A stretch of DNA of 55,093 nt. Source: Candidatus Bathyarchaeota archaeon. GTDB taxonomy: Archaea > Thermoproteota > Bathyarchaeia > Bathyarchaeales > Bathycorpusculaceae. Shown piece by piece: positions 29,590 through 38,738 of this stretch (the stretch's first letter is position 1; every line of letters starts with the position of its first letter). Position numbers and translations under genes: made by a program. Under the pieces are notes generated by a model. It made no database searches. It was not told where the DNA came from and saw nothing but the letters and a program-made list of their open reading frames with translations. The stretch covers positions 1 to 55,093 of the forward strand of contig DAOVIH010000001.1 of the NCBI GenBank assembly GCA_030673805.1, read 5' to 3'.

Positions 29590-30900
29590 TCAGTAGAAAT
29601 CTGAAAGACTAGACTGCTGAACACGTTTACTGAAAAAGTCTGTAGAGGATTCGGCATCCAAAAGCAACTTTCCGTATAAGCCATCGTATCCTGGTGCAAC
29701 CTTAGCCGATCCAGTTCGGACTCTACAGATGGCATCGGAAATAGGTGGTTCTACAATCTTGTTCAACTCGTTCTTTGGCGCCTCTATTAGAACGGTATAT
29801 TCATCTCCGAATTTGTCGATAAGCGAATTGTATATTTTCCACACTGTCTTTGTTGATGGGGAACTGGCGTTCAGCGCTACTGCAATAATCTCAGAAAGGG
29901 GAATTAGTCGCTTGAAGCCATGAGCATCTACGGGTTTAGAACAGGTTCTGCGATCAGCCAATTCGTCAACTCGTTGCTCAACGCCCTTTGTGAGTTTTCT
30001 GCGGCAAACTGGACAAATGTTCCCGAATTTTTTCGCTTCTCGCGATGAGAAACAAACGTTGCACTTGCGATGTCCAGTCCAGTGATACTTACCATAAGCA
30101 GGATCAGTCTCTATGGTGAATTTGAACCGAGAGCGGTCTTTGCTCTTGATGGCAGTTAGAACTTCTGAGTAAGTTACGTCTTTGAGATCAAAAACGTTGG
30201 CTTCTCTTCCGATGCGCCAAGGCCAAAAACTGTGGCTGTCGCTATTGGAGACCAAAGTGTAACTGTCAAGCTTTGTTAGACGCCAATTCATCGGGGGGTC
30301 AGAGGAGAGACCAGTCTCTAGGGCATGGATGTGTTTTGTCATGTCTTGATAACAATCTTCAATATTGTCAAAGCCGCTAAAAGCCCCAAACACGCTAAAC
30401 CAAGGCGTCCATATATGAGCTGGAATAACCATATTCTCTCTTGAGACTTGCATGACCTCTTCGACCAAATGCGGAGCACTCATTCTTAGTGTAGGTCTAC
30501 CATCCAGCTCAAGGTTACCATATTTCTCCAATATATCATTAACTTGAACCGCAGTTTCAATACTAGGCGTTAAGACGACATTGTGGACCTTCTTAACCTC
30601 ATTGCCAAATCTGAAAACAGTACTAACTTCAGAAGTCAACATAAAGTAAATTGACGACTCGGATCTATCTGGTAGCCTGTACAATCCCCCTGTCGGCTCT
30701 GAAAGAAAGGTTTGTCGCATTTCTTTTAGCCATTTTGGATGGGTAAAGTCGCCTGTACCTACCATAGTTAAACCTTTGATTTTAGCAAAGCGAGCAATTT
30801 CCGTCAAGTGCATTCTGGGGCTTGTAGCTCGACTATAGCAACTATGGATGTGCAGATCGGCGATTACTCGAATTGAAATAACATCCTCCATAATACTCAA
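29590..30900 (-). CDS. endoQ: Endonuclease Q (PHP-domain endonuclease for deaminated bases)
   Basis: ADLHIHSCYSRATS (PHP), GTGDFTHPKW, SNSDSHS, GKYHWTGHRKC, the CPVCRRKLTKGVEQRVDELADR zinc finger and the C-terminal PGYDGLYGKL are colinear with Pyrococcus EndoQ as I recall it. Confidence 0.8.
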   Translation of the reverse strand: MSIMEDVISIRVIADLHIHSCYSRATSPRMHLTEIARFAKIKGLTMVGTGDFTHPKWLKEMRQTFLSEPTGGLYRLPDRSESSIYFMLTSEVSTVFRFGNEVKKVHNVVLTPSIETAVQVNDILEKYGNLELDGRPTLRMSAPHLVEEVMQVSRENMVIPAHIWTPWFSVFGAFSGFDNIEDCYQDMTKHIHALETGLSSDPPMNWRLTKLDSYTLVSNSDSHSFWPWRIGREANVFDLKDVTYSEVLTAIKSKDRSRFKFTIETDPAYGKYHWTGHRKCNVCFSSREAKKFGNICPVCRRKLTKGVEQRVDELADRRTCSKPVDAHGFKRLIPLSEIIAVALNASSPSTKTVWKIYNSLIDKFGDEYTVLIEAPKNELNKIVEPPISDAICRVRTGSAKVAPGYDGLYGKLLLDAESSTDFFSKRVQQSSLSDFY

Positions 30901-31162
30901 AGAGCGGTTTACCGGATGATCATAGTTTTCAAAACATGAACTTGCTAAAAAGGGTTACCAGTTCATTGAACCTGCTTATGATGAGATGGACTGACCAGAA
31001 GTTCGCATACCATTTTTAATGGGCTCTGTTGGGTGAAACTGACCAAAGGCTGCCTTGGAAGTTTCGTTCTTTTCTCCTTAATTTCGTCCCGTGTTAGGGG
31101 CCTCAGCAAACCCTTCTTTGTATGCTAAAGCCCTTTATGATCCTTAGGTAAGGTTTAGCGGA

Positions 31163-31828
31163 CTAAACCTGGTTCTGAGTCTTGCTTTCCTTCTCGGTTG
31201 AGTCCAAGTACTTTTCAAAGTATTTCTCCCAGTCTAGTTTGAACATCAAGAGTATTATGATGGATAGAAAGACTGTTGCAAGGACAATGGTTATCAGAAT
31301 GGAAATCCCGTCACCTTGGAGGCCGAAGATTTCTTTTATTATCTGCAATGACAGTCGTCCGCCGTAGGCTATTATGAGGTTGGAAAAAAATTTTCCTATC
31401 AGAGCAGGGATAAACGCTTTAAGCGGGCTAAATCGCATGACACCAAGTGGAACAAAGAGTAGATCGTCAGGGAGGGGAGTTAACGCAAAAAGAAAAATTA
31501 CTATGGATCCGAATTTCTCGAAGAGTCTCATTAAGAAATCCATTTTTTTCTTGTATCTTTCGTTGATTATTCGCCGCCCGCTAAAACCGATTAGATATCC
31601 AGAAAACTCACCGGTTGCAGCACCTGTTGCTGCTACTACAGCGATCAAAAATGGATTAAAAACCCATTGGCCGGCGATTTGGTATCCTCCGGCAAAGAAG
31701 ATGACAATCGAATATGGGATAGGGATGATGAAAGACATAGCGCCAATTAGGCTGATCAGGAAAATTCCTAGGTAGCCATATTGTATGGCAAGGTTGTTCA
31801 TCCAGTTGTTGAGGTCTTGAAACTGCAA
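31163..31828 (-). CDS. DedA/VTT-domain membrane protein
   Basis: YGYLGIFLISLIGAMSFIIPIPYSIV and multiple TM helices with the LTPLPDDL re-entrant motif are present. Confidence 0.85.
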   Translation of the reverse strand: MQFQDLNNWMNNLAIQYGYLGIFLISLIGAMSFIIPIPYSIVIFFAGGYQIAGQWVFNPFLIAVVAATGAATGEFSGYLIGFSGRRIINERYKKKMDFLMRLFEKFGSIVIFLFALTPLPDDLLFVPLGVMRFSPLKAFIPALIGKFFSNLIIAYGGRLSLQIIKEIFGLQGDGISILITIVLATVFLSIIILLMFKLDWEKYFEKYLDSTEKESKTQNQV

Positions 31829-32054
31829 AGAGTTCTATCCTTCGCCACTCAATTATTTGGTACAGTTTAAAGAGATTGTGATTTCAAATTTGAATTGATT
31901 TCTCCTGTAGTGGAGGTTTGATGTTTCTGAGAGATAAATGAAAGCGGGGTATGTAGTTAGTTTTGTTGAAAAATGTGGAACAATTATTGTTTCTGAGTAT
32001 TTGCAGAAAAATACATCCAATCTGAACTTGCAAAATGGAATCAGGGTGATTTCC

Positions 32055-32723
32055 TTAGTCTCTGCTTGCAAGGATAAGGATGTAGTCAGCTGTGTCTGCA
32101 CACATGTCAGCGGCGTGTTCGATGAATTCTATCAGATCGTTGAAAATCACCATAGCCCCGCAGTTCATTTTCGTCCCGTACTTGACGAACAATGCCTTGG
32201 TTTTTAGGTATTCTTCGTCTATGTCATGTTCAATTTCTTCGACTCGTCTAGCCCCTTCAATCGCTTCGTTCGGATTTGACGAAATTTTTTCGATGCTACC
32301 TTTCAAGGTTTGGGCAGTTTCCACAAGCTTCGAAGTCATCAATCTCGTGTTTTCGCAGAGCTGCATAGGAACCTCGGCCTCCGTCAACATCTCCAAGCAC
32401 CTAGCCGCGTCCTTTGTGTGATCTGCTAGAGTGTCCAAACGCTTGACAAGGTGCAACAGGTCTTCCCGGTAATCTGATATCAAAGCTGCCCCTTTGGACA
32501 ATTCCATGAAAACCTCTGTGCGCAATCTGTCAACTTCTTCTTCTGCGGCAAAAAGGGCCTCAATGTTCTTCTTGGTTCCGTTCATATCTTGTTCGGAAAA
32601 GCTCTTAACCGCTTTTTCAAGCAGTGTTACGGTGTGTAGCGCCTTTGTTATCTGCTCATGTGCTAGTTCTAAACCTTTGGTACGTCGTCTCTTCTCAAAC
32701 CAACCGTAGCTTCTTCTGTTCAA
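32055..32723 (-). CDS. DUF47 / PhoU-like family protein
   Basis: The helical repeat protein contains EEEVDRLR..., HDIDEEYL... and IEHAADMCADTADYI, as in the TIGR00153/DUF47 family. Confidence 0.75.
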   Translation of the reverse strand: MNRRSYGWFEKRRRTKGLELAHEQITKALHTVTLLEKAVKSFSEQDMNGTKKNIEALFAAEEEVDRLRTEVFMELSKGAALISDYREDLLHLVKRLDTLADHTKDAARCLEMLTEAEVPMQLCENTRLMTSKLVETAQTLKGSIEKISSNPNEAIEGARRVEEIEHDIDEEYLKTKALFVKYGTKMNCGAMVIFNDLIEFIEHAADMCADTADYILILASRD

Positions 32724-32923
32724 GATGAACTCTCCTTAGGCATTATTTTGGAATGATAGACATATAACCCTTCTCCACTTGCAGTTGTGAGATTCTTAGA
32801 GTGTAGGGACTAAATGCTGTTGAAGAAAGAAATGAATAGAAAGGGAGAATTGGTTCTGGAGTTTCTCACTCCGAACGTTCAGACCAAGGAAGAGAAATTG
32901 AGTGGAGTGAGAACCTTGTGCGT

Positions 32924-33409
32924 TTATTGGCAACCTTCTTCTGAGGTCCAGTATTCATCAGCTGAACCGTCTGCTCTTATGACTAGTTCTTTCTTGAATA
33001 TTGGTGCTTCACTTTTGTACCTATCAACGGCTAACCTCAATGTTGGCCATACTTCTTTTCGATGAGAACCTGCGACTGAAACATACACTAAGTCTTCGCC
33101 AACGTTAAACTCTCCGATCAAATGATGGATTTGAACATTGATTATTCCCGGATTCTTTGATAGATCTTTGCAGATTTTTTCTAAGACTTCGTTGGCTTTC
33201 TCTTCATATGTTTCTAGAATCAGCTTTTTCACTTTTTCGCCGTTCACTGTTTCACCCCTAACTACGCCTACGAACAGGGCTACTGCACCAGCTTTTCTGA
33301 AATTGTCAGTATTCTTGGTGATAGCAATCAGGTCCGAGAGAGAAAATGTTCCTTTTTTATGAATACCCCTATAGCTAGTCAAACTTATCACTGACCAATA
33401 TTTCCGCAA
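32924..33409 (-). CDS. moaE: Molybdopterin synthase catalytic subunit
   Basis: The motifs GAVALFVGVVRG, YVSVAGSHRKEVW and KSEAPIFKKE match MoaE. The start codon is uncertain. Confidence 0.85.
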   Translation of the reverse strand: MRKYWSVISLTSYRGIHKKGTFSLSDLIAITKNTDNFRKAGAVALFVGVVRGETVNGEKVKKLILETYEEKANEVLEKICKDLSKNPGIINVQIHHLIGEFNVGEDLVYVSVAGSHRKEVWPTLRLAVDRYKSEAPIFKKELVIRADGSADEYWTSEEGCQ

Positions 33410-33497
33410 TAGTGATTATGGGCGGTTTTTTAAATGCTGTTTTCGCAGCATCTTTTTTCCAAAGTTGGTTTGTAGCTAGGCGTTTTTTCGAAGGAAA

Positions 33498-34130
33498 CTA
33501 TGCTTGCTCCGCAGTTTGAATTGGCGGTTTGGCTACTTGAACTGGAGTGACGGGAGGAGCAATTAGTTTAGATTTCCTAATTCCTACATGTCTCAGTGGC
33601 GCTACCTTCTTCGCTTTATTGTAAATGTCTGATGCTATTTTTCCGAGAACCACCTCTTGGATGAATTGGTCGAAGTTCAACGCTGCAGTTTTTTCGTTTA
33701 TTATTTCTTCCATTATCTTGCGTATAATTTTTTCCTGAGATGTTTTGATTCTGGAAAGTGTTAAGGCTGAAACAGCAATCCGCATCTTATATCCGTCCTT
33801 GGTTACAAGAGTGAATATTCCGTCTACTTTGGTTGTTCTCCTTCTCACCAAACTTCGTAAGTAGTCACGTGAGTATTCGTGACCTGTAAACAAGGTACTT
33901 GCAGTCTTGCCCTCAACCTCGCTCACTTGAAAGAACATTTTGAGGTATTGATGTGAAAAGTCGCTAGTAATATCATAAAGAGTAGCCTCGACGATCCTGC
34001 CGATGAGTTGTTCCTTATCCCCGGCAGGCACCGAGCCCAACTCAACATTTCCAAAATAGTGAGGTGCCACTACTAAATACCAGGCTTTGCCTCGCCATTT
34101 ATCCCGTATTTTCTTCGATTTTGAAGACAA
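33498..34130 (-). CDS. rps3ae: Ribosomal protein S3Ae (eS1)
   Basis: The motifs KIRDKWRGKAWYLVVAP, LIGRIVEATLYDIT and MFFQV match S3Ae. Confidence 0.95.
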   Translation of the reverse strand: MSSKSKKIRDKWRGKAWYLVVAPHYFGNVELGSVPAGDKEQLIGRIVEATLYDITSDFSHQYLKMFFQVSEVEGKTASTLFTGHEYSRDYLRSLVRRRTTKVDGIFTLVTKDGYKMRIAVSALTLSRIKTSQEKIIRKIMEEIINEKTAALNFDQFIQEVVLGKIASDIYNKAKKVAPLRHVGIRKSKLIAPPVTPVQVAKPPIQTAEQA

Positions 34131-34178
34131 GTTTATCCTCCAAACGTTCCTTCAACATTCTCACCGAATATTAAAAGG

Positions 34179-35477
34179 TTACCGTTTTGCCTCCATTTTC
34201 TCCATGTCACCCAGATACTTCCTCAAGACGCTAGGAATTACAATTGACCCATCTCTTTCCTGAAAGTTTTCTAATATAGCAACAATCAATCTCCCCGTGG
34301 CTATAGCTGTTGAATTTAAGGTATGCACAAATCCTTTTGGAGGGGCCCCATCTTTTTCTCTAAATCGAATTTTTAGTCTTCTGGCTTGGTAGTCCGTGCA
34401 GTTACTACACGAGATTATTTCTCGGTAGTTGTTTTGAGCTGGCATCCAAGCTTCAACATCATATTTTTTTGCAGCCACAGTTCCGATGTCGCCAGTACAG
34501 ACATTTACCACCCTATATGGAATATTCAGTTTTTGGACAAGTTCTTCTGCATTGTGGATTAGTTCTTCATGCATTTCAGATGATTCTTCAGGTTTGCAGA
34601 AGACAAATTGTTCAATTTTGTTAAACTGGTGAGTTCGAAAGATCCCCCTAGTGTCTCTGCCGTGGGCTCCAGCCTCTCTTCTGAAGCAGACGCTGGCCCC
34701 GGCGAGTTTGAGTGGTAACTCATCTTCTTTTAGGGTTTCGTTCATAAACATAGCCGCCATCGGATGTTCCGAAGTCGCGATTAAGTAGAGGTCTTCATTT
34801 TCAATTTTGTATAATACATCTTCAAAATCACCAAGGGCTGTTACGCCTTCGTAAGGGCCTCGTCGCATCAAACAAGGCGGAATGATTGCTAGATACCCCT
34901 TTTTCGTTAGCTCTTCCATTGCATAACTCATCAACGCCATATCCAACAATGCCCCGGTGCCTTTAAGGAAGAAGAATCTCGAACCAGCAACTTTTCCCGC
35001 CCTTTCGATATCCAAGATGCCGAGTTCCTGGCCTAAATCAATGTGATTTCTTGTTTGAAAAGCAAATTTTGGTATGGCCCCCCATTTCCTAATTTGAACG
35101 TTGTCATGTTCGCTTTTTCCGACGGGTACGGTTTCGTGCAACAGATTAGGAATCTGCATAAGATAGTCGTGTGTTCTTTTTTCTGTGTCATTTACATTCT
35201 GTTCTACGTTTGTTATTTGGGTGTCCAACTTTCTTGCGCTGTCTACAATTTCTTTTGTGCCTTTTCCCGCTTTTTTCAGTGCTGCAATTTCTGCGGTGAG
35301 TAGTTTTCTTTTGTGCCTTAAATTGTTCAGTTGTGTTAATTCTAGGCGCCATTTCTTGTCAAGATCAATTAGTTTTTCTAGAGTTTTGGTGTTTTCAGGT
35401 TTTCCCCTTTTGGTCAGATTGTTCTTGACATATTCTGGGTTTTCACGAATTAACCTAATATCTAACATCTTTTTCAC
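34179..35477 (-). CDS. serS: Seryl-tRNA synthetase
   Basis: MLDIRLIRENPE opens the N-terminal coiled coil. The class II motifs FRREAGAHGRDTRGIFRTHQFNKIE and TLNSTAIATGRLIVAILEN are present. Confidence 0.95.
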   Translation of the reverse strand: MKKMLDIRLIRENPEYVKNNLTKRGKPENTKTLEKLIDLDKKWRLELTQLNNLRHKRKLLTAEIAALKKAGKGTKEIVDSARKLDTQITNVEQNVNDTEKRTHDYLMQIPNLLHETVPVGKSEHDNVQIRKWGAIPKFAFQTRNHIDLGQELGILDIERAGKVAGSRFFFLKGTGALLDMALMSYAMEELTKKGYLAIIPPCLMRRGPYEGVTALGDFEDVLYKIENEDLYLIATSEHPMAAMFMNETLKEDELPLKLAGASVCFRREAGAHGRDTRGIFRTHQFNKIEQFVFCKPEESSEMHEELIHNAEELVQKLNIPYRVVNVCTGDIGTVAAKKYDVEAWMPAQNNYREIISCSNCTDYQARRLKIRFREKDGAPPKGFVHTLNSTAIATGRLIVAILENFQERDGSIVIPSVLRKYLGDMEKMEAKR

Positions 35478-35673
35478 GTGGAGAAGGTCGTTTGAAGGTT
35501 ATACTGGTAGCGCAGATTGGCGCTCTATCTTAACATTGAATTGGCTATTTAACCTTGCTATGGGGGAAGAAGTTCAACCGTATTTCAATCGGCGTTAGAT
35601 TCTACTAGGTTGAGAGCAAACTTTGTTATACTCCAGTTTATTTACTAATTGCTTAATTGATGGAGAAAAAACC

Positions 35674-36270
35674 ATGCTCACCAAGTTGAAGAAGAGGGTG
35701 GAACAGCTTTTGGTTTTTGAAGCAAAAGTAGCGCATGGAATTGGGTTATCTCCTAACATGATAAGCTTTTTAGGCTTTACATTCGCCATATTTTCTGCAT
35801 TAACGTTTGCAACTGGGCAGAAACAGCCGTTCAGCCTCGTTTTAGCCTCTGCTTTGCTTTTCGCTTCCGGATTCTGTGACGCATTAGATGGAGTATTAGC
35901 AAGAAACTACGGGAAAACAACCGTGTTTGGAGGTTTTTTGGATTCCCTTTTGGATAGATATGCCGACGCATCTGTTTATATTGGCATAATTGTAGGTGGA
36001 TTATGTGATCCTTTTTGGGGGTTGGTGGCTCTAGCAGGTTCGTTTTTAGTAAGTTATAGCCGTGCAAGAGCTGAAGCGAGCGGGATAAAGATGGAATCTG
36101 TAGGTATCGCAGAAAGAGCAGAACGGATCCTAATACTGAGTTTTGCAGCCATAGCTGCAGCTTTTTGGGTGCCAGCCCTCAACTTTGGAATAGTACTGCT
36201 TGCCATACTCACAAACTTAACCGTGGTGCAGAGAGGACACCACGTATACAAACTGCTAAAGAAAAAGTAG
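35674..36270 (+). CDS. CDP-alcohol phosphatidyltransferase (candidate archaetidylinositol-phosphate synthase)
   Basis: The signature is DALDGVLARNYGKTTVFGGFLDSLLDRYAD (D-G-x2-A-R-x8-G-x3-D-x3-D). The protein is about 199 aa and multi-TM. I prefer the ATG at 35674, after GGAG, over the ORF-track TTG at 35623. Confidence 0.85.
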   Translation: MLTKLKKRVEQLLVFEAKVAHGIGLSPNMISFLGFTFAIFSALTFATGQKQPFSLVLASALLFASGFCDALDGVLARNYGKTTVFGGFLDSLLDRYADASVYIGIIVGGLCDPFWGLVALAGSFLVSYSRARAEASGIKMESVGIAERAERILILSFAAIAAAFWVPALNFGIVLLAILTNLTVVQRGHHVYKLLKKK

Positions 36271-36281
36271 ATTACGTGAAA

Positions 36282-36569
36282 CTATCGCCTTCTTGGGCGC
36301 GAATGCCTATCCTTTTGGGCTCTAACTTTAACGATCCCACGATGAACCGCGCATGAAATGCAGTAATGTTTGGTATCTGTCCAAGAAGCCAAGTAAGTAC
36401 CTTTTTGTCGGAGCTCCTTAGCTAATTGAGGCTCAACAAAGGAAACTCGACGAGTGGACTTTTTAGCCTTGTCACGCGGAACCAGCTGCCCACACGATCC
36501 ACACTGCACCCGACCGCTGCTTCCTTTACTGCCTTTGGATCTACCTCGGCTCTTTCTCTTGGAAGGCAA
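36282..36569 (-). CDS. rps26e: Ribosomal protein S26e (eS26)
   Basis: The sequence MPSKRKSRGRSKG...VQCGSCGQLVPRDKA...YCISCAVH matches S26e. Confidence 0.9.
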   Translation of the reverse strand: MPSKRKSRGRSKGSKGSSGRVQCGSCGQLVPRDKAKKSTRRVSFVEPQLAKELRQKGTYLASWTDTKHYCISCAVHRGIVKVRAQKDRHSRPRRR

Positions 36570-36619
36570 CTAAATGCACCGTTTTTACCCTTGTAACCAA
36601 ATTAATTAAATTTTCTTCC

Positions 36620-37519
36620 TTATATATCTGCGCGTATCTTCAAGATGTGAGCTATATTCGCTTTTAAACTAGTTTTAGGGAGGATTCTGCCTGATTTTGA
36701 AGTCATCAAGCTAGTGACTCCCGGGCCATGCCCTGCAGTGACACAGTTGGTATGCACAATTATGCCAATTGAAATAGCCCCTTGGCGATAGACTCTTCCA
36801 AAGGAGTGATCAGCGTCAGCAATACCCACCAAATCACCAATCATCAAATTATCAAGTCCATATTGTTCGCGCATATCTTGATCAAAAAGTTGGACGTCAT
36901 AATCCCCTGAATAGGTATGGTTCGTTCCCAACCCTGCTCCCATAATAGCTGCCGGGATTAGGTGCTTCACTGGAACCTCAAGTCGCCCACCAGTCGATTT
37001 GAGATCCAAGGCCTCAAGAAAGCCAGGATCCATGTTCATCACTTTCACTTCAGGAAAATCTACGAGCTTTAAGCCCACTCCAAAGGCTTTCACCATAATC
37101 TTATCACCGATAACAAGTGCCTCAAGAGTTGCAGGCGGAAAATCCACTAGAACATGATCTATTCCACCATGTTTGCCCGTTACCACACCTTTGTCTCCCT
37201 TTGCGTCGCCACTCACAACTATCGCCTCATTCCCCACGCATGATAACACATTGAGAGCAAGATTAGATCCCTGCCCAAATCGGGGGTGATTTTCTTTGTT
37301 CTCTATACTAACACCAGGTTCTACATGATCGGCTTCCCAGTTACAGGCCGAGTCGCCAACCCGCAGATTATAAGTGATCCCTCCAACACCGGGTAGAACC
37401 TTAGGGGTGCCCGTAGCCGAGACACTGTAGACGGATCTTCTGATTATTGGACTTGCTACTTCCCCAATTACTGATATTTTCACTAGCTTGTCAGCGTTTG
37501 TTCTCAAAGTAAGACACAC
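36620..37519 (-). CDS. Conserved hypothetical protein (DUF4438-like; assignment from memory, unverified)
   Basis: This is a 299-aa soluble protein with repeated glycine-rich beta motifs (GDAKGDKGVVTGKHGG and GDLVGIADADHSFG). Confidence 0.5.
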   Translation of the reverse strand: MCLTLRTNADKLVKISVIGEVASPIIRRSVYSVSATGTPKVLPGVGGITYNLRVGDSACNWEADHVEPGVSIENKENHPRFGQGSNLALNVLSCVGNEAIVVSGDAKGDKGVVTGKHGGIDHVLVDFPPATLEALVIGDKIMVKAFGVGLKLVDFPEVKVMNMDPGFLEALDLKSTGGRLEVPVKHLIPAAIMGAGLGTNHTYSGDYDVQLFDQDMREQYGLDNLMIGDLVGIADADHSFGRVYRQGAISIGIIVHTNCVTAGHGPGVTSLMTSKSGRILPKTSLKANIAHILKIRADI

Positions 37520-38087
37520 TTCGTTGAATAGTGTGGATTATTTGGCGGGAGCTAATAAAACTTGATGTTGGCATTCTTTAGCATCTATAAGGAAAACTAC
37601 TATCGACAGCGTTTACAGTCCAATCTAATCTAGCTGATGGAAAATGGAAAGCCACAAAAACGCCTATGTGTACCCAAACAGAAAAAACATCGGATAATCC
37701 GTCCTGCATCAGGTAAGGAACTCTCGAATACTGTGGCCCTGGCGGTTTTTGTAGTGGGGCAATCAAAAAAAGAGTGAGAGGAAAAAACTAACGCTAATAA
37801 TTGTTATTTTGCCATCAGGCGAGAAAACTTTAACCCCATTAATTGTAGGAAATGGTTGACAGTTTAACTACAGACCTTTTCCACAATTAATCGGCAGGAT
37901 ATTGAATAGTTATGGAGGTCTATTCATAGGACCGATTTCAGCATTTTGGTTGAAAAACAAACCAGTTATACGTAAGCCAGATTGGAACGCTCCCTATCGA
38001 CGTCTAGCAACTCTTAAATGTACGGTTTCTATTGTGGAACTTGAGTGTAGCAAAACTCAGTTTTGTCGCAATCAGGGTGGAACTCAA

Positions 38088-38663
38088 ATGTCCGAAATTG
38101 GAATAAGAACGAGAATGATTGTCAAGGATGTCATGAGTAGTCCAGTCATAACCACAAGTGAAGATGCTAACTCGAGCCACGTTGCCCAACTTATGAAAAA
38201 AAACCAGCTAGGTTGCGTAATAGTTACAAACAAAGAAGCTAAACCCTTAGGAGTAATTACTGAAAGCGACTTGGTTACTAGGGTTCTAGCAAAGAACCTT
38301 GCACCAGATACAATAGAAGCGAAAGAGATTATGACCTCTCCGTTAATTACAATAGAGCCTGAAACCACAATAAACGAAGCGGCAAGAAGAATGAGTCGAC
38401 TTAATATCAGAAGGCTAGGGGTAGTTTATAAAGGCGAACTTTTCGGAATAATCTCCAGCAAAGATATTCTTGGAGTAATGCCAGAACTCATAGAGCTAAT
38501 ACAGGAAACTACACGTCTAGAGAAGGCTAATAGCCCAGAAGAAAATGAAGAAGCACCACTTACCGGATACTGTGATAGGTGTGAAGCTTATTCAGAGAAT
38601 CTAAAAAATAATAACGGACAAAACTTGTGTGAAGACTGCAGAATAGAATTGGAAATCCAATAG
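38088..38663 (+). CDS. CBS-domain pair protein with a C-terminal zinc ribbon
   Basis: Two CBS repeats are present (VKDVMSSPVITT...GVITESDLV and AKEIMTSPLITI...GIISSKDIL), followed by CDRC...CEDC. I prefer the ATG at 38088, after a GGTGG SD. Confidence 0.8.
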   Translation: MSEIGIRTRMIVKDVMSSPVITTSEDANSSHVAQLMKKNQLGCVIVTNKEAKPLGVITESDLVTRVLAKNLAPDTIEAKEIMTSPLITIEPETTINEAARRMSRLNIRRLGVVYKGELFGIISSKDILGVMPELIELIQETTRLEKANSPEENEEAPLTGYCDRCEAYSENLKNNNGQNLCEDCRIELEIQ

Positions 38664-38738
38664 CCAAACCTTTTTCCTTGAAATGAGAAAAATTCTGTCC
38701 AAAGTATGGGACTCCATTGAAAAAATAAACTTTAACTA

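Noticed and set aside
30978-31042. A possible C/D box sRNA, with ATGATGA (30978-30984), CTGA (30991-30994) and CTGA (31039-31042)
   Set aside because: The first CTGA is only 6 nt after the C box. I found no C' box, and the flanks do not form a terminal stem, so the architecture does not fit an archaeal C/D sRNA.
37902-38087. A 62-aa N-terminal extension of the CBS-domain ORF; the same applies to 52282-52386 for the gene after rps17e and 35623-35673 for the CDP-alcohol transferase
   Set aside because: In each case the internal ATG is preceded by a strong GGTGG/GGAGG SD. The extensions are non-conserved-looking or overlap another gene.
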